This document shows, one piece after another, positions 43,660 to 51,688 of a stretch of 64,000 bases of DNA (its first letter is position 1; every line of letters starts with the position of its first letter). Both the position numbers and the translations under genes were made by a program. The stretch lies in the IMG/VR virus record IMGVR_UViG_3300037483_000793, positions 96,001 through 160,000 of that record; one strand, 5' to 3'. The notes beneath the pieces were generated by a model. It worked only from the letters and a program-made list of their open reading frames with translations. It had not been told where the DNA came from and made no database searches. This stretch comes from a virus.

Positions 43660-44459
43660 GCGACGTAGTCCTTGAACTTGCCGTTGGGTGCCTCGCGGCC
43701 GAACATGTTGCCCGGCAGCGTCGTATCGAGCGCGACCCAGCGCGTTGGGCGCGTCTTCGGCAAACCGGCCATGCCGTAGATGTGCGCCCAGTCGCTGCTC
43801 TTGCTCGGCGCCGTGATCCGGAACTTCGCCGGGATGCCGTTGAGAGCGAGCAGCGTCGTCGTCACGACGGTGTGTCCGTCGCAGTCCTCGCCGCCGAATT
43901 CGACGGTGCGCATCGCGCTCTGGAACAGATCGACGCCTTCGACGTCGCCGCCGGGCATCTTCACCGGAGCAACGTCGCCCGTGTAGCGGATGTTCTGCTT
44001 CGTCCAGTTGTAGATCGACTCGGATTCGCACAGCCCGTCACGCGCTGGACAGTTCGCGCCCTTGACACGGAAGTGCCGTTTACCGACGGTGACATCACGA
44101 ACACCGTTGCCGGTGATCGCAAGTGCCAGCTCGCGCATCTGCGGGTTCTGGACACCCTTCCACACCAGATCCTGCAGGATGCTGACGCGCTGATCGATCG
44201 GCATCTCGGGATCGTAGTGATGGGTCAGCGTCATGCCGCCCTTCTGCACGCGTGCTTGTACGCGACCGAGCGTTGCACGCAGCACGTAGGTGCGCCGCTT
44301 TGCGGCAACACCGTAGGCGATCGCGCCACCGATCACGGCGATTCCGCCCACGATGATCGCGCCGATCGCGACTTTCTCGTGCTTGGTCGTCTTGAGACCT
44401 TCGGTTGCTGCACCGAACGCTCCGTCGGGACGTTTGCGCACAAGCGCATGACTACGCAT
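43656..44459 (-). CDS. transglutaminase-like cysteine protease with N-terminal membrane anchor
   Basis: Triad EDCDGH (Cys), WAHIY (His), ALDTT (Asp); IRYTGD; N-terminal TM. Confidence 0.85.
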   Translation of the reverse strand: MRSHALVRKRPDGAFGAATEGLKTTKHEKVAIGAIIVGGIAVIGGAIAYGVAAKRRTYVLRATLGRVQARVQKGGMTLTHHYDPEMPIDQRVSILQDLVWKGVQNPQMRELALAITGNGVRDVTVGKRHFRVKGANCPARDGLCESESIYNWTKQNIRYTGDVAPVKMPGGDVEGVDLFQSAMRTVEFGGEDCDGHTVVTTTLLALNGIPAKFRITAPSKSSDWAHIYGMAGLPKTRPTRWVALDTTLPGNMFGREAPNGKFKDYVA

Positions 44460-44559
44460 GCCCAAAAGCTAACACGGCTACGGGCTGATGGAATAGATCG
44501 CTCCTGCGATCACCGCGACTTGAACTTCGCGGGGTACACGAGTAGCTTGAAGACGTACC

Positions 44560-44575
44560 GATCGCGCGCGCGATC
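44560..44575. promoter_or_regulatory. GATCGC-N4-GCGATC palindrome
   Basis: GATCGCGCGCGCGATC between the divergent protease and paralog-array genes. Confidence 0.85.
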
Positions 44576-44589
44576 GCCCGGAGCCCACA

Positions 44590-45306
44590 ATGCTTTTCAC
44601 GCAGCACAACGGTCTCGCACACGCCGCCGCGGACCAGTCCGAGATCGAAGTTCTGCAGAACATGGCCTGCTCGATCGGACCGCGAGTCGACGGTATCGCC
44701 GCGAGTCTGACACTACCGCAAGCCATGGGTGCGTTCAGCACGGCGGGTGCCGCGGGTGCCTGCGGCGGTCGTTCACAGCAAGCCGAACAGCACACGCCGA
44801 CGACAATGTCACGCGGGCTCGGTGCGGATACGCCCTGGTACTCGCCAACGATCACCAAGACGCCGACCACGACGACCACGACAACGAAGACCGCGTACGA
44901 GACGTTCATCGCACCGCTTCGCGAGATGAAAATCGCAGCGATGGACGCGAATGCAGCAGCGACCGCACCGGTCTCGCCCGCAGCGACGCCTGCAAATCCG
45001 ATGGCGACGACGTACCCGGCGGGGACGATTACGGCGTTCGACGTGACCACGAACATGTGGCGTGTCGCGGTGCCGTCGATCGCGTCGGGACTCGGCATCT
45101 TCGGTTCGACGGCGCCGTTCACCGAGATCGCGCCGCTGCCTGCACCTGCACCGGGTGCGACACAGGTGAGTGTGACGCAGCTGCAGAAGCAGACCGGTCA
45201 GCTGCCGATCTACAAGAAGTGGCAGTTCTGGGCGGCGGCAGGCGGCGGCGCCCTCGTGCTGGGCACCGTCACCGCGCTGTTGTTCCGGCGCAAGCGCGCG
45301 GCGTAA
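44590..45306 (+). CDS. tail-anchored virion membrane protein, paralog 1
   Basis: YPAGTITAF...QKQTGQLPIYKKWQFW + TM + RRKRAA. Confidence 0.8.
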   Translation: MLFTQHNGLAHAAADQSEIEVLQNMACSIGPRVDGIAASLTLPQAMGAFSTAGAAGACGGRSQQAEQHTPTTMSRGLGADTPWYSPTITKTPTTTTTTTKTAYETFIAPLREMKIAAMDANAAATAPVSPAATPANPMATTYPAGTITAFDVTTNMWRVAVPSIASGLGIFGSTAPFTEIAPLPAPAPGATQVSVTQLQKQTGQLPIYKKWQFWAAAGGGALVLGTVTALLFRRKRAA

Positions 45307-45316
45307 GTACCGCGCC

Positions 45317-47209
45317 ATGGGTCACCTCACGCAGCTCCACGGCCAGAGTCTGCTCGGCGGGGCAACGACCGCCGTCGGCGGCTACGTTGGCGTGAAGCAG
45401 CTGCAGGAACAGCTACGTCGGATCGCGTACGAGTTCGGCAAGCCAAGCGCCGACCCAGCACAGTATGACGGGACGTTGACGCTCGGAACGGTCATCGCGC
45501 TCGCAAACGCGGCACCGATCGTCGGCGACAAGATTCACGCAGGTGTCGGACAAGCGCTCGATGTCGTGAAGCTGATCAAGGCGCCGATCAGCAAGCTGCC
45601 GTACGGCTCGACGATCATCAACTTCATCTTGTCACCGTGGATTGTCGACAAGGCATTCAGTGCCGTGCTCGGGATCATTCGATTGATTCCTGGTGGCGGT
45701 GGCGTTGCGACGACGATCGACAACGCTATGAAGGCCGTGAAGGCAACGCTCGCGAGTGCAGCCGCACCGATTGCGGCGTCATTGCTCGTCGTCAAGAAGT
45801 CATCGGCGGCGGGGCTCGGCGAAGAAACGCGCGCGGGATTCTGCTGGATCCCGCAATACGTTCGAACCACCGACGGTGTGACCGTGCCAGGTCACTGGGA
45901 GCGTGCGCGCAGCGGTGTTCCGTGTGCGTCACCGCTACCGCCGGGCGTAGTGGCACCAACACCGACGGTCCTGAGGGTCTGTTCAGCGACCGATCAGAGT
46001 GGCTGTCCTGGTGGTGTGTTTGTCTCGAACGCTGCAACTGGCGCAATCGTACCGACGCGCGTCGCACCGCCACCACCGGCAGGAACCGTCTCGACGAGCG
46101 GCGCCGTCGTCCGCGATCACCGTACATGGCCCGCCGGTAAACTGATCGTCCCGACGGATTGGAGCCGCACGCGTACGTACAGCGGCACGGTACCGTTCGC
46201 GAGTCTTGCACCGGCCGATCAACAAGCCTGGAACGCACACAAGAACGACGGACCGTTCGGGCTGAGTACGAGCCTGATCCCGGGCAGCAGCTCGGCGTTC
46301 GGTGATCTCACCGTTCGTCGTGGTGCCATCGCGTTCAAGACGTTTCGCGGTTTCGATAACGCACGCATGGGTGCGTTCTGGGATGAGCGCAATCAAACGC
46401 TCAAGATCATCGTTGTCCCCGAGCCGTCGTCGTCGAAGTACCCATGGGACTACGCGGCAGATGCTGTGAAAGCAGCTGCTGGTGTCATTGGAGATGCCGC
46501 CAGTGCGGTTGGTGGCGCGATTGCGGACATTGCGACGTCGACGTGGAACTGGATCGCCGAGAACGCTGATGACGTGTACGAGGCCGTCAAGAAGTACGGC
46601 TGCGCGCTCGTCAACAACGACATCGTCGTCGGGTTGACAGCGGCAGGTGCAGGTATCGTCGCGTCACCGGCTGCTAGTGCCACGGTCGTGTCTGCGGCGG
46701 GTGCAGGCAAGGCTGCGTGCGCAGCTATGGAAGTCGCCGAGGTGCTCTACGCGATCTACCAGTTGATGACGATGGAGGTGCCCAAGCCGCCTCCACTCAC
46801 GACACCGACACCACCGACGACGACGGTCACGACCGCGGGTGTGCGTCTTCTGCTGCCGACGACCAAGCCGGTGGTTCCGCTCGCCAAGCCACGTTACCCG
46901 GCGGGTGCAATCACGTCGTGGGACGCCAAGCTGCGGCGCTACCGCATCGCAATCCCCGTCGGTACGCAGCTCAATGTCACCGGGTTCGGTGAAGCGCTCG
47001 GCGCCGCGGCATCGCACTTCGAAGTTGAAACGGCCGAGGTTGCGCCGCCAATCGTTTCGACGGTGCCGCTGACCGTGTTTCAGAAGCAAACGGGCACGTT
47101 GCCGCTCTACAAGAACCCGATGTTCTGGATCGCCCTCGGAACGGGCGCAGCGGCAGTCGGTGGCGGTAGTTACGTGCTGTACCGACGTCGACGTGGTTTG
47201 ACAAGGTAG
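45317..47209 (+). CDS. tail-anchored virion membrane protein, paralog 2 (630 aa)
   Basis: PG-binding-like N-domain, VPGHWER, amphipathic helices, YPAGAITSW...QKQTGTLPLYKNPMFW + TM + RRRR. Confidence 0.85.
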   Translation: MGHLTQLHGQSLLGGATTAVGGYVGVKQLQEQLRRIAYEFGKPSADPAQYDGTLTLGTVIALANAAPIVGDKIHAGVGQALDVVKLIKAPISKLPYGSTIINFILSPWIVDKAFSAVLGIIRLIPGGGGVATTIDNAMKAVKATLASAAAPIAASLLVVKKSSAAGLGEETRAGFCWIPQYVRTTDGVTVPGHWERARSGVPCASPLPPGVVAPTPTVLRVCSATDQSGCPGGVFVSNAATGAIVPTRVAPPPPAGTVSTSGAVVRDHRTWPAGKLIVPTDWSRTRTYSGTVPFASLAPADQQAWNAHKNDGPFGLSTSLIPGSSSAFGDLTVRRGAIAFKTFRGFDNARMGAFWDERNQTLKIIVVPEPSSSKYPWDYAADAVKAAAGVIGDAASAVGGAIADIATSTWNWIAENADDVYEAVKKYGCALVNNDIVVGLTAAGAGIVASPAASATVVSAAGAGKAACAAMEVAEVLYAIYQLMTMEVPKPPPLTTPTPPTTTVTTAGVRLLLPTTKPVVPLAKPRYPAGAITSWDAKLRRYRIAIPVGTQLNVTGFGEALGAAASHFEVETAEVAPPIVSTVPLTVFQKQTGTLPLYKNPMFWIALGTGAAAVGGGSYVLYRRRRGLTR

Positions 47210-47227
47210 CAACAGACCGCGTAGCTT
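47198..47227 (+). promoter_or_regulatory. sigma70-type promoter TTGACA-18-TAGCTT
   Basis: Direct reading; palindrome follows 10 nt downstream. Confidence 0.55.
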
Positions 47228-47237
47228 GAAGGAGTTG

Positions 47238-47253
47238 GATCGCGCACGCGATC
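47238..47253. promoter_or_regulatory. GATCGC-N4-GCGATC palindrome
   Basis: GATCGCGCACGCGATC between promoter and AAGGAG RBS. Confidence 0.85.
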
Positions 47254-47276
47254 GCCCTTCCAAGGAGCCCACGCAG

Positions 47277-48197
47277 ATGTTGCAAACCCAGTACTACGGC
47301 AACGGATTTGGCGGGTTCGGCGCGCTGACGTCCAGCGCCGCGACCGCCGATCTCCAACGCTACCTCGTCAGCATCGGCAAGCTCGGTTCGTCCAACGTGA
47401 CGGGCGTGATGAACGACGCGACGATGGGTGTCATCTACAACTTGCTCGTCGCGAGCGCATCGACGGTTTCGAAGATCCCGTTGCTGCCCAGCGACGTTCG
47501 TAGTGGCATCAGCAGCGTGGTCAGCGCGTTGCAGTCTGCAGACAGCAAGATCAAGAGTGTCTCATTCGGGATGGCGACCTTGTCGTCGGTGCTCAGCAAC
47601 TGGGCCACGATCAATGCGGCGGTCCGCGCGGTGAGTAGCTCGGCAGCAAACTCGTTGGCAGCGGCACGTGAGGCCGTCTACAACGCCGTCGGCGGCTACG
47701 CGAGCTACATCCTGAGGGCCGTCAAGATCTTCTTTCCGCCGACGACGCCGACCTCGACGGCGATCCAACCCGCGATTCCGGTACTCACGTCGTCGCTGAC
47801 ATCGCTCTTGAAGACGAACTCGGCCGTGACAGCAACGGCGACGTCCTCGGCCGCGTCGCAATCGTACCCGGCCGGAACGATCTACGCGTTCAGTCAGAAA
47901 CTCGGGCGCTATCGCATCGCGATTCCGAACCCGGGCGGTGTTGCGGGTCTCGGCGTGCAGACTGCCGTCGGTAACTGCATCTTCGGTGACTGCGGTTTCG
48001 GCGCTGCGTATACCGAAGTTGCTCCGTCGACGACAGCTCCGGCCAACGGTGTCCCGACGACGGAAACCGAACTGGAGAAGCGGGCGGGTGCGTTGCCGCT
48101 CTACAAGAAGTGGCAGTTCTGGACCGCGATCGGCGGCGGTGTTGCAGTCGTGGGTACGGGTGCAGCACTTCTCATCCGGCGTAAGCGGAGCGCGTAA
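47277..48197 (+). CDS. tail-anchored virion membrane protein, paralog 3
   Basis: MLQTQYYGNGFGGFGA leader; YPAGTIYAF...LPLYKKWQFW + TM + RRKRSA. Confidence 0.85.
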   Translation: MLQTQYYGNGFGGFGALTSSAATADLQRYLVSIGKLGSSNVTGVMNDATMGVIYNLLVASASTVSKIPLLPSDVRSGISSVVSALQSADSKIKSVSFGMATLSSVLSNWATINAAVRAVSSSAANSLAAAREAVYNAVGGYASYILRAVKIFFPPTTPTSTAIQPAIPVLTSSLTSLLKTNSAVTATATSSAASQSYPAGTIYAFSQKLGRYRIAIPNPGGVAGLGVQTAVGNCIFGDCGFGAAYTEVAPSTTAPANGVPTTETELEKRAGALPLYKKWQFWTAIGGGVAVVGTGAALLIRRKRSA

Positions 48198-49375
48198 TGC
48201 TGCACGCGACCCTCTCGCCGTTGACGACAACTCGGACAACGGAACCTGCGCCGACGACAACGACGACGTCGTACAAGACGGCAACGACGGCGTTGTACCC
48301 GTCGCGTACGACCGAGACCAAAACGGTCGCGCCTGCATTCACATGCGTCAGCAACATCTGTACGGCAGCCGGACAAGTCGGTTTCACGTTCCAGACGCTG
48401 CAGCTGCTGATCAACAACGCGAACGCCAAGATCGGCAGCGGCGCGACACCAATCGCAGTTGATGGTCGTATCGATGCGCGAACCGTCAACGCATTCATGC
48501 CGGTGTCACGCGCCGTTGGCGGAACGCTCGCGATCTTCGATCAGGCTGCGACGCCGCAGCTGCTCGCGACCAACGCGAACGCATACGCGTTGGGCATCGC
48601 GAAGTACCTCGGCATGACGTGGGTCGAAGCGACTGCGACCGTGCCAGGTCACTGGGAGCGGATGCGCGTCGGTCAGACGACACCCAATCTACCGACCCTG
48701 CCCACGGGCACGACGATGCCCGCGCCGACGACAACGACGGCGCCCCCACCACCGTCTGCGCCGATCGCGCCGGGCGTCGTGCCGACACGAACGGAGACTG
48801 CGACGCCGACGCCGATGTACGCGTGTCCCGACGGCTCGCGCGTGACGGATCCGGCGATGTGTCCCAAGCCTGCGCCGCAGCCGACGGCACCGGCACCGGC
48901 ACCGGCACCGGCACCCGCGCCACAACCGGCGCAGCCCGCACCGACGCCGTCTACGCAGCCGACGACACCTGCATCGACGGCGATCGTCTCGACGGCGGCC
49001 GTCGAAACCGAAGGTCGTTTCCAGGGCTGCCTCGCGCGCTACAACAGGACGCGCAAGATCTACTCGATCTACTGCCCGGTCGGTTCGCAAGGTGCGGCGC
49101 CGGGCCTCGGCTACTACGACGGCGAGTACTTCCGTTGTCTGCACGACAACTGTACAGGGCTCGGTGCCGACGCGGTGACGCCGCCGCCGCCCGACGGTTT
49201 CGTCAAGGCCGCTGAGGTCACGACGCTGCCGCGCGCAGGCGAGACACCGGCAGGTGAAGAGCGCGACAAGTTCTTCCGCCTCGACAACCCGCTCATGTGG
49301 GCAGCGTTCGCGGGCGCTGTAGCGGTCGTCGGCGGTGGTGGCTACGTGCTTTACCGACGGAAGCGCGCTGCGTAA
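48197..49375 (+). CDS. tail-anchored virion membrane protein, paralog 4
   Basis: CVSNIC, VDGRIDART, VPGHWER, Pro/Thr stalk, TM + RRKRAA. Confidence 0.85.
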   Translation: MLHATLSPLTTTRTTEPAPTTTTTSYKTATTALYPSRTTETKTVAPAFTCVSNICTAAGQVGFTFQTLQLLINNANAKIGSGATPIAVDGRIDARTVNAFMPVSRAVGGTLAIFDQAATPQLLATNANAYALGIAKYLGMTWVEATATVPGHWERMRVGQTTPNLPTLPTGTTMPAPTTTTAPPPPSAPIAPGVVPTRTETATPTPMYACPDGSRVTDPAMCPKPAPQPTAPAPAPAPAPAPQPAQPAPTPSTQPTTPASTAIVSTAAVETEGRFQGCLARYNRTRKIYSIYCPVGSQGAAPGLGYYDGEYFRCLHDNCTGLGADAVTPPPPDGFVKAAEVTTLPRAGETPAGEERDKFFRLDNPLMWAAFAGAVAVVGGGGYVLYRRKRAA

Positions 49376-49587
49376 TGCGCGATCCTGTCACGGGGCATTG
49401 TGTTGCAGGGTTTCATGAAACCTCGTGGGGCTGCGCGAAAAATAGACGTACCGGATTCGGCGCCGACGACAGCGGCAACCGCAAGGCCGTGTGGCTCGGC
49501 GCCGTCGGTCTCGGTATCTCAGCCGCGATCATGATCGCGATGGGCTTTCACAAGCCGCCACCGCCAGTTCGCCGTCGGCGTACGTAA
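49375..49587 (+). CDS. small single-TM protein with basic tail
   Basis: MRDPVTGHC...TGFGAD...TM...RRRRT. Confidence 0.65.
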   Translation: MRDPVTGHCVAGFHETSWGCAKNRRTGFGADDSGNRKAVWLGAVGLGISAAIMIAMGFHKPPPPVRRRRT

Positions 49588-49589
49588 GC

Positions 49590-49605
49590 GATCGCTCGCG
49601 CGATC
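49590..49605. promoter_or_regulatory. GATCGC-N4-GCGATC palindrome
   Basis: GATCGCTCGCGCGATC, 5 nt before TAGAGT. Confidence 0.85.
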
Positions 49606-49625
49606 CATGATAGAGTTTGGGTCGC

Positions 49626-50141
49626 ATGCTCATGGCGACCCAAAACTCAGTGCGGTTCGCGCACAACGTTGGTGTGGCGCCAGCCACCACGACGATGCGG
49701 CTCGGCGGACCGTCATTGCCGCCGCTACCGTCTGTGATGCAGTCGGTGCTGCCGGGTCGAACGGCGCCGAACCCTGTTGCTGTGACCCAACCGAGGTATT
49801 TCATGCCCTACGCATCGCTCGAAGATCTCCGCTCTGCGAATGCCGGGTTCGGCATCGTGAACGAGTCGGACGCGTGGCTGACCGGTCGGCCGTATGGCTT
49901 GCCGGGCACGGCGACGATCCAGCTCATGCAGCGGCCGGGCGGCTACAAGAGCCCCAACGGCACGCACTACGACGCGCGGATGTTCGGTGACGCCGACGCA
50001 ACGTTGCAGTTGATCCTCGCGCAGCAGCAGGCGCAGGCAGCTCACCTCAAACGCATCGCGTTTTGGCAGGCGTTCGCAGGCGGTGTCACGATCGCGGGTG
50101 TCGCTGCGGGCATCGCTATCGGGCTCATGCGGGGGCGCTAA
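49626..50141 (+). CDS. tail-anchored membrane protein
   Basis: AGFG and MFGD motifs; C-terminal TM + RGR. Confidence 0.75.
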   Translation: MLMATQNSVRFAHNVGVAPATTTMRLGGPSLPPLPSVMQSVLPGRTAPNPVAVTQPRYFMPYASLEDLRSANAGFGIVNESDAWLTGRPYGLPGTATIQLMQRPGGYKSPNGTHYDARMFGDADATLQLILAQQQAQAAHLKRIAFWQAFAGGVTIAGVAAGIAIGLMRGR

Positions 50142-50143
50142 CC

Positions 50144-50575
50144 ATGTACGTCAACGAGATGCAGCGCACGATCAACGGCTTCGGTCAGGCACCCGGCGGC
50201 AAACCGAACAGCATCATCCCGTATGGCCACTGGCAGCCGTACCGGCCGGGTGCGATCACGCGCGGATTCGGCGATGTTCCGAACGACTTCGAGGCGTCGG
50301 TCGATCTGCAGTACATCCCGGTCCGTCAGGGCTGGTACTACGGTCAGCCCGTCAACGGTGGCAGCTACCCGGATGCGGGACTGCCTCGTCGGGGATTCGG
50401 TGATGCGACATCGGAAGCGGCGCTACAGCAGCTTGCGAAGACGGAGAAGCTGCAAACGATCTTGCAGGTTGTCTCGACGCTCTCGATCGCGACCGTCGCG
50501 ACGCTCGCGATCCTGCGCGCGATCAGATCCCGCCGCGGTGGCGGGGACGCACGGTTCTTCGGCGACGACGACTAG
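50144..50575 (+). CDS. membrane protein with three GFG motifs
   Basis: NGFGQ, RGFGD, RGFGD; TM; RSRR. Confidence 0.75.
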   Translation: MYVNEMQRTINGFGQAPGGKPNSIIPYGHWQPYRPGAITRGFGDVPNDFEASVDLQYIPVRQGWYYGQPVNGGSYPDAGLPRRGFGDATSEAALQQLAKTEKLQTILQVVSTLSIATVATLAILRAIRSRRGGGDARFFGDDD

Positions 50576-50605
50576 CCCACAGGTGGTGTACGCTGCGCGC
50601 TGGGA

Positions 50606-51064
50606 ATGTCGCGCACGCTCCGTAACCCGCCCATCGACGCCAACTTGGTGGCGCCGCGGCTGTACATCGGCTCGCGTCCACCGCCGGGGCGCTACCGCTG
50701 GTTCAACACGGTCGTGCTCTGCGCCAAAGAGTTTCAGCCGCCGAGCTACGCGTACCCCGGGCTCACGGTGATGCGCATCCCACTCGTCGATGACCACGTA
50801 CATCCACTGTCAGATCTCGACGCGGCGCTCGTGACGTCGAACGCACGCTCGATCGCGCGTTACCTACAGGCAGGTTCGTGCGTGCTCGTGACATGCCGCA
50901 TGGGCATCAATCGATCGGCGCTTGTTGCGGCCATCGCAATGCAGGTCGCGTTTGAAATGCCCGCTGACGAAGCCATCGAGCAGATTCGCGACACGCGATC
51001 GCCGCAAGCGTTATCGAATCCGCGCTTCGAGCAATTCGTGCGGCGGTTCGAACGGGCGCACTAG
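50606..51064 (+). CDS. dual-specificity (CX5R) protein phosphatase
   Basis: LYIGS, IPLVDD general-acid loop, VLVTCRMGINRSA P-loop. Confidence 0.9.
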   Translation: MSRTLRNPPIDANLVAPRLYIGSRPPPGRYRWFNTVVLCAKEFQPPSYAYPGLTVMRIPLVDDHVHPLSDLDAALVTSNARSIARYLQAGSCVLVTCRMGINRSALVAAIAMQVAFEMPADEAIEQIRDTRSPQALSNPRFEQFVRRFERAH

Positions 51065-51633
51065 CAGCCGCGTGCGATGCGCAGAATCTTGACGCCGCGG
51101 CTGCTGTCCTGAACAAGCGCCGTTGCTGCTGCTTTGTTGGCGGCCGAAACGCAGAGGCTCGTCTGGCCGGGCAGCTTGCGGTGTCGAACAGTGACGCGAT
51201 AGGTCGCGCCGAGCTTGCCGTTACCGGCGAGGCGATTGCGCCCACGGCCGCGGAGCTTCTTGTACTCGGCGGTACGATGATCGAGTTCGACGACGTCGCC
51301 GGTCTCCGGATCGACGAAGAAGACGGGTTCGCTTTCTTTCGTCGGGCGCTTGTACGGTTTGCGGTGTCCTTGCAGTGACCGCTTGTGACGGCTGGGACGA
51401 CGACGTTCGAAGCCGGTGTACGCGATCAGAAACAGCGACACGAACGTCGAGCTGAGCAGCGCGCCCGTGACGAGGCGCTTGTCACGCACGCCCGCGAGCG
51501 CGAGCCCTGGCATCATGAGTGCCGAGCGCAACATCCAGTGGCCGATGACCTTCGGCACCGCACCCGGCTCGCCGTTGAACATCCCGCATACGGATGCCGA
51601 GGAGGGTGCGGTAGGACAACTGCGGCTCGCCAC
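51061..51633 (-). CDS. membrane protein with basic C-terminal domain
   Basis: Two hydrophobic segments then Arg/Lys-rich region; GTG 6 nt after TACGTT. Confidence 0.65.
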   Translation of the reverse strand: MASRSCPTAPSSASVCGMFNGEPGAVPKVIGHWMLRSALMMPGLALAGVRDKRLVTGALLSSTFVSLFLIAYTGFERRRPSRHKRSLQGHRKPYKRPTKESEPVFFVDPETGDVVELDHRTAEYKKLRGRGRNRLAGNGKLGATYRVTVRHRKLPGQTSLCVSAANKAAATALVQDSSRGVKILRIARGC

Positions 51634-51669
51634 GGTGTGAACGTACCACGCTGTCCTACCGCCGGGCTA

Positions 51670-51685
51670 GATCGCGCGCGCGATC
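51670..51685. promoter_or_regulatory. GATCGC-N4-GCGATC palindrome
   Basis: GATCGCGCGCGCGATC, intergenic. Confidence 0.85.
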
Positions 51686-51688
51686 GAC

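Noticed and set aside
48886-48915. 5 x GGCACC tandem repeat
   Set aside because: Encodes an Ala-Pro linker in a stalk region.
44590-49375. MYXO-CTERM/LPxTG sortase substrates
   Set aside because: No N-terminal signal peptides, no conserved Cys/LPxTG motif, and no sortase seen; retained only as an analogy.
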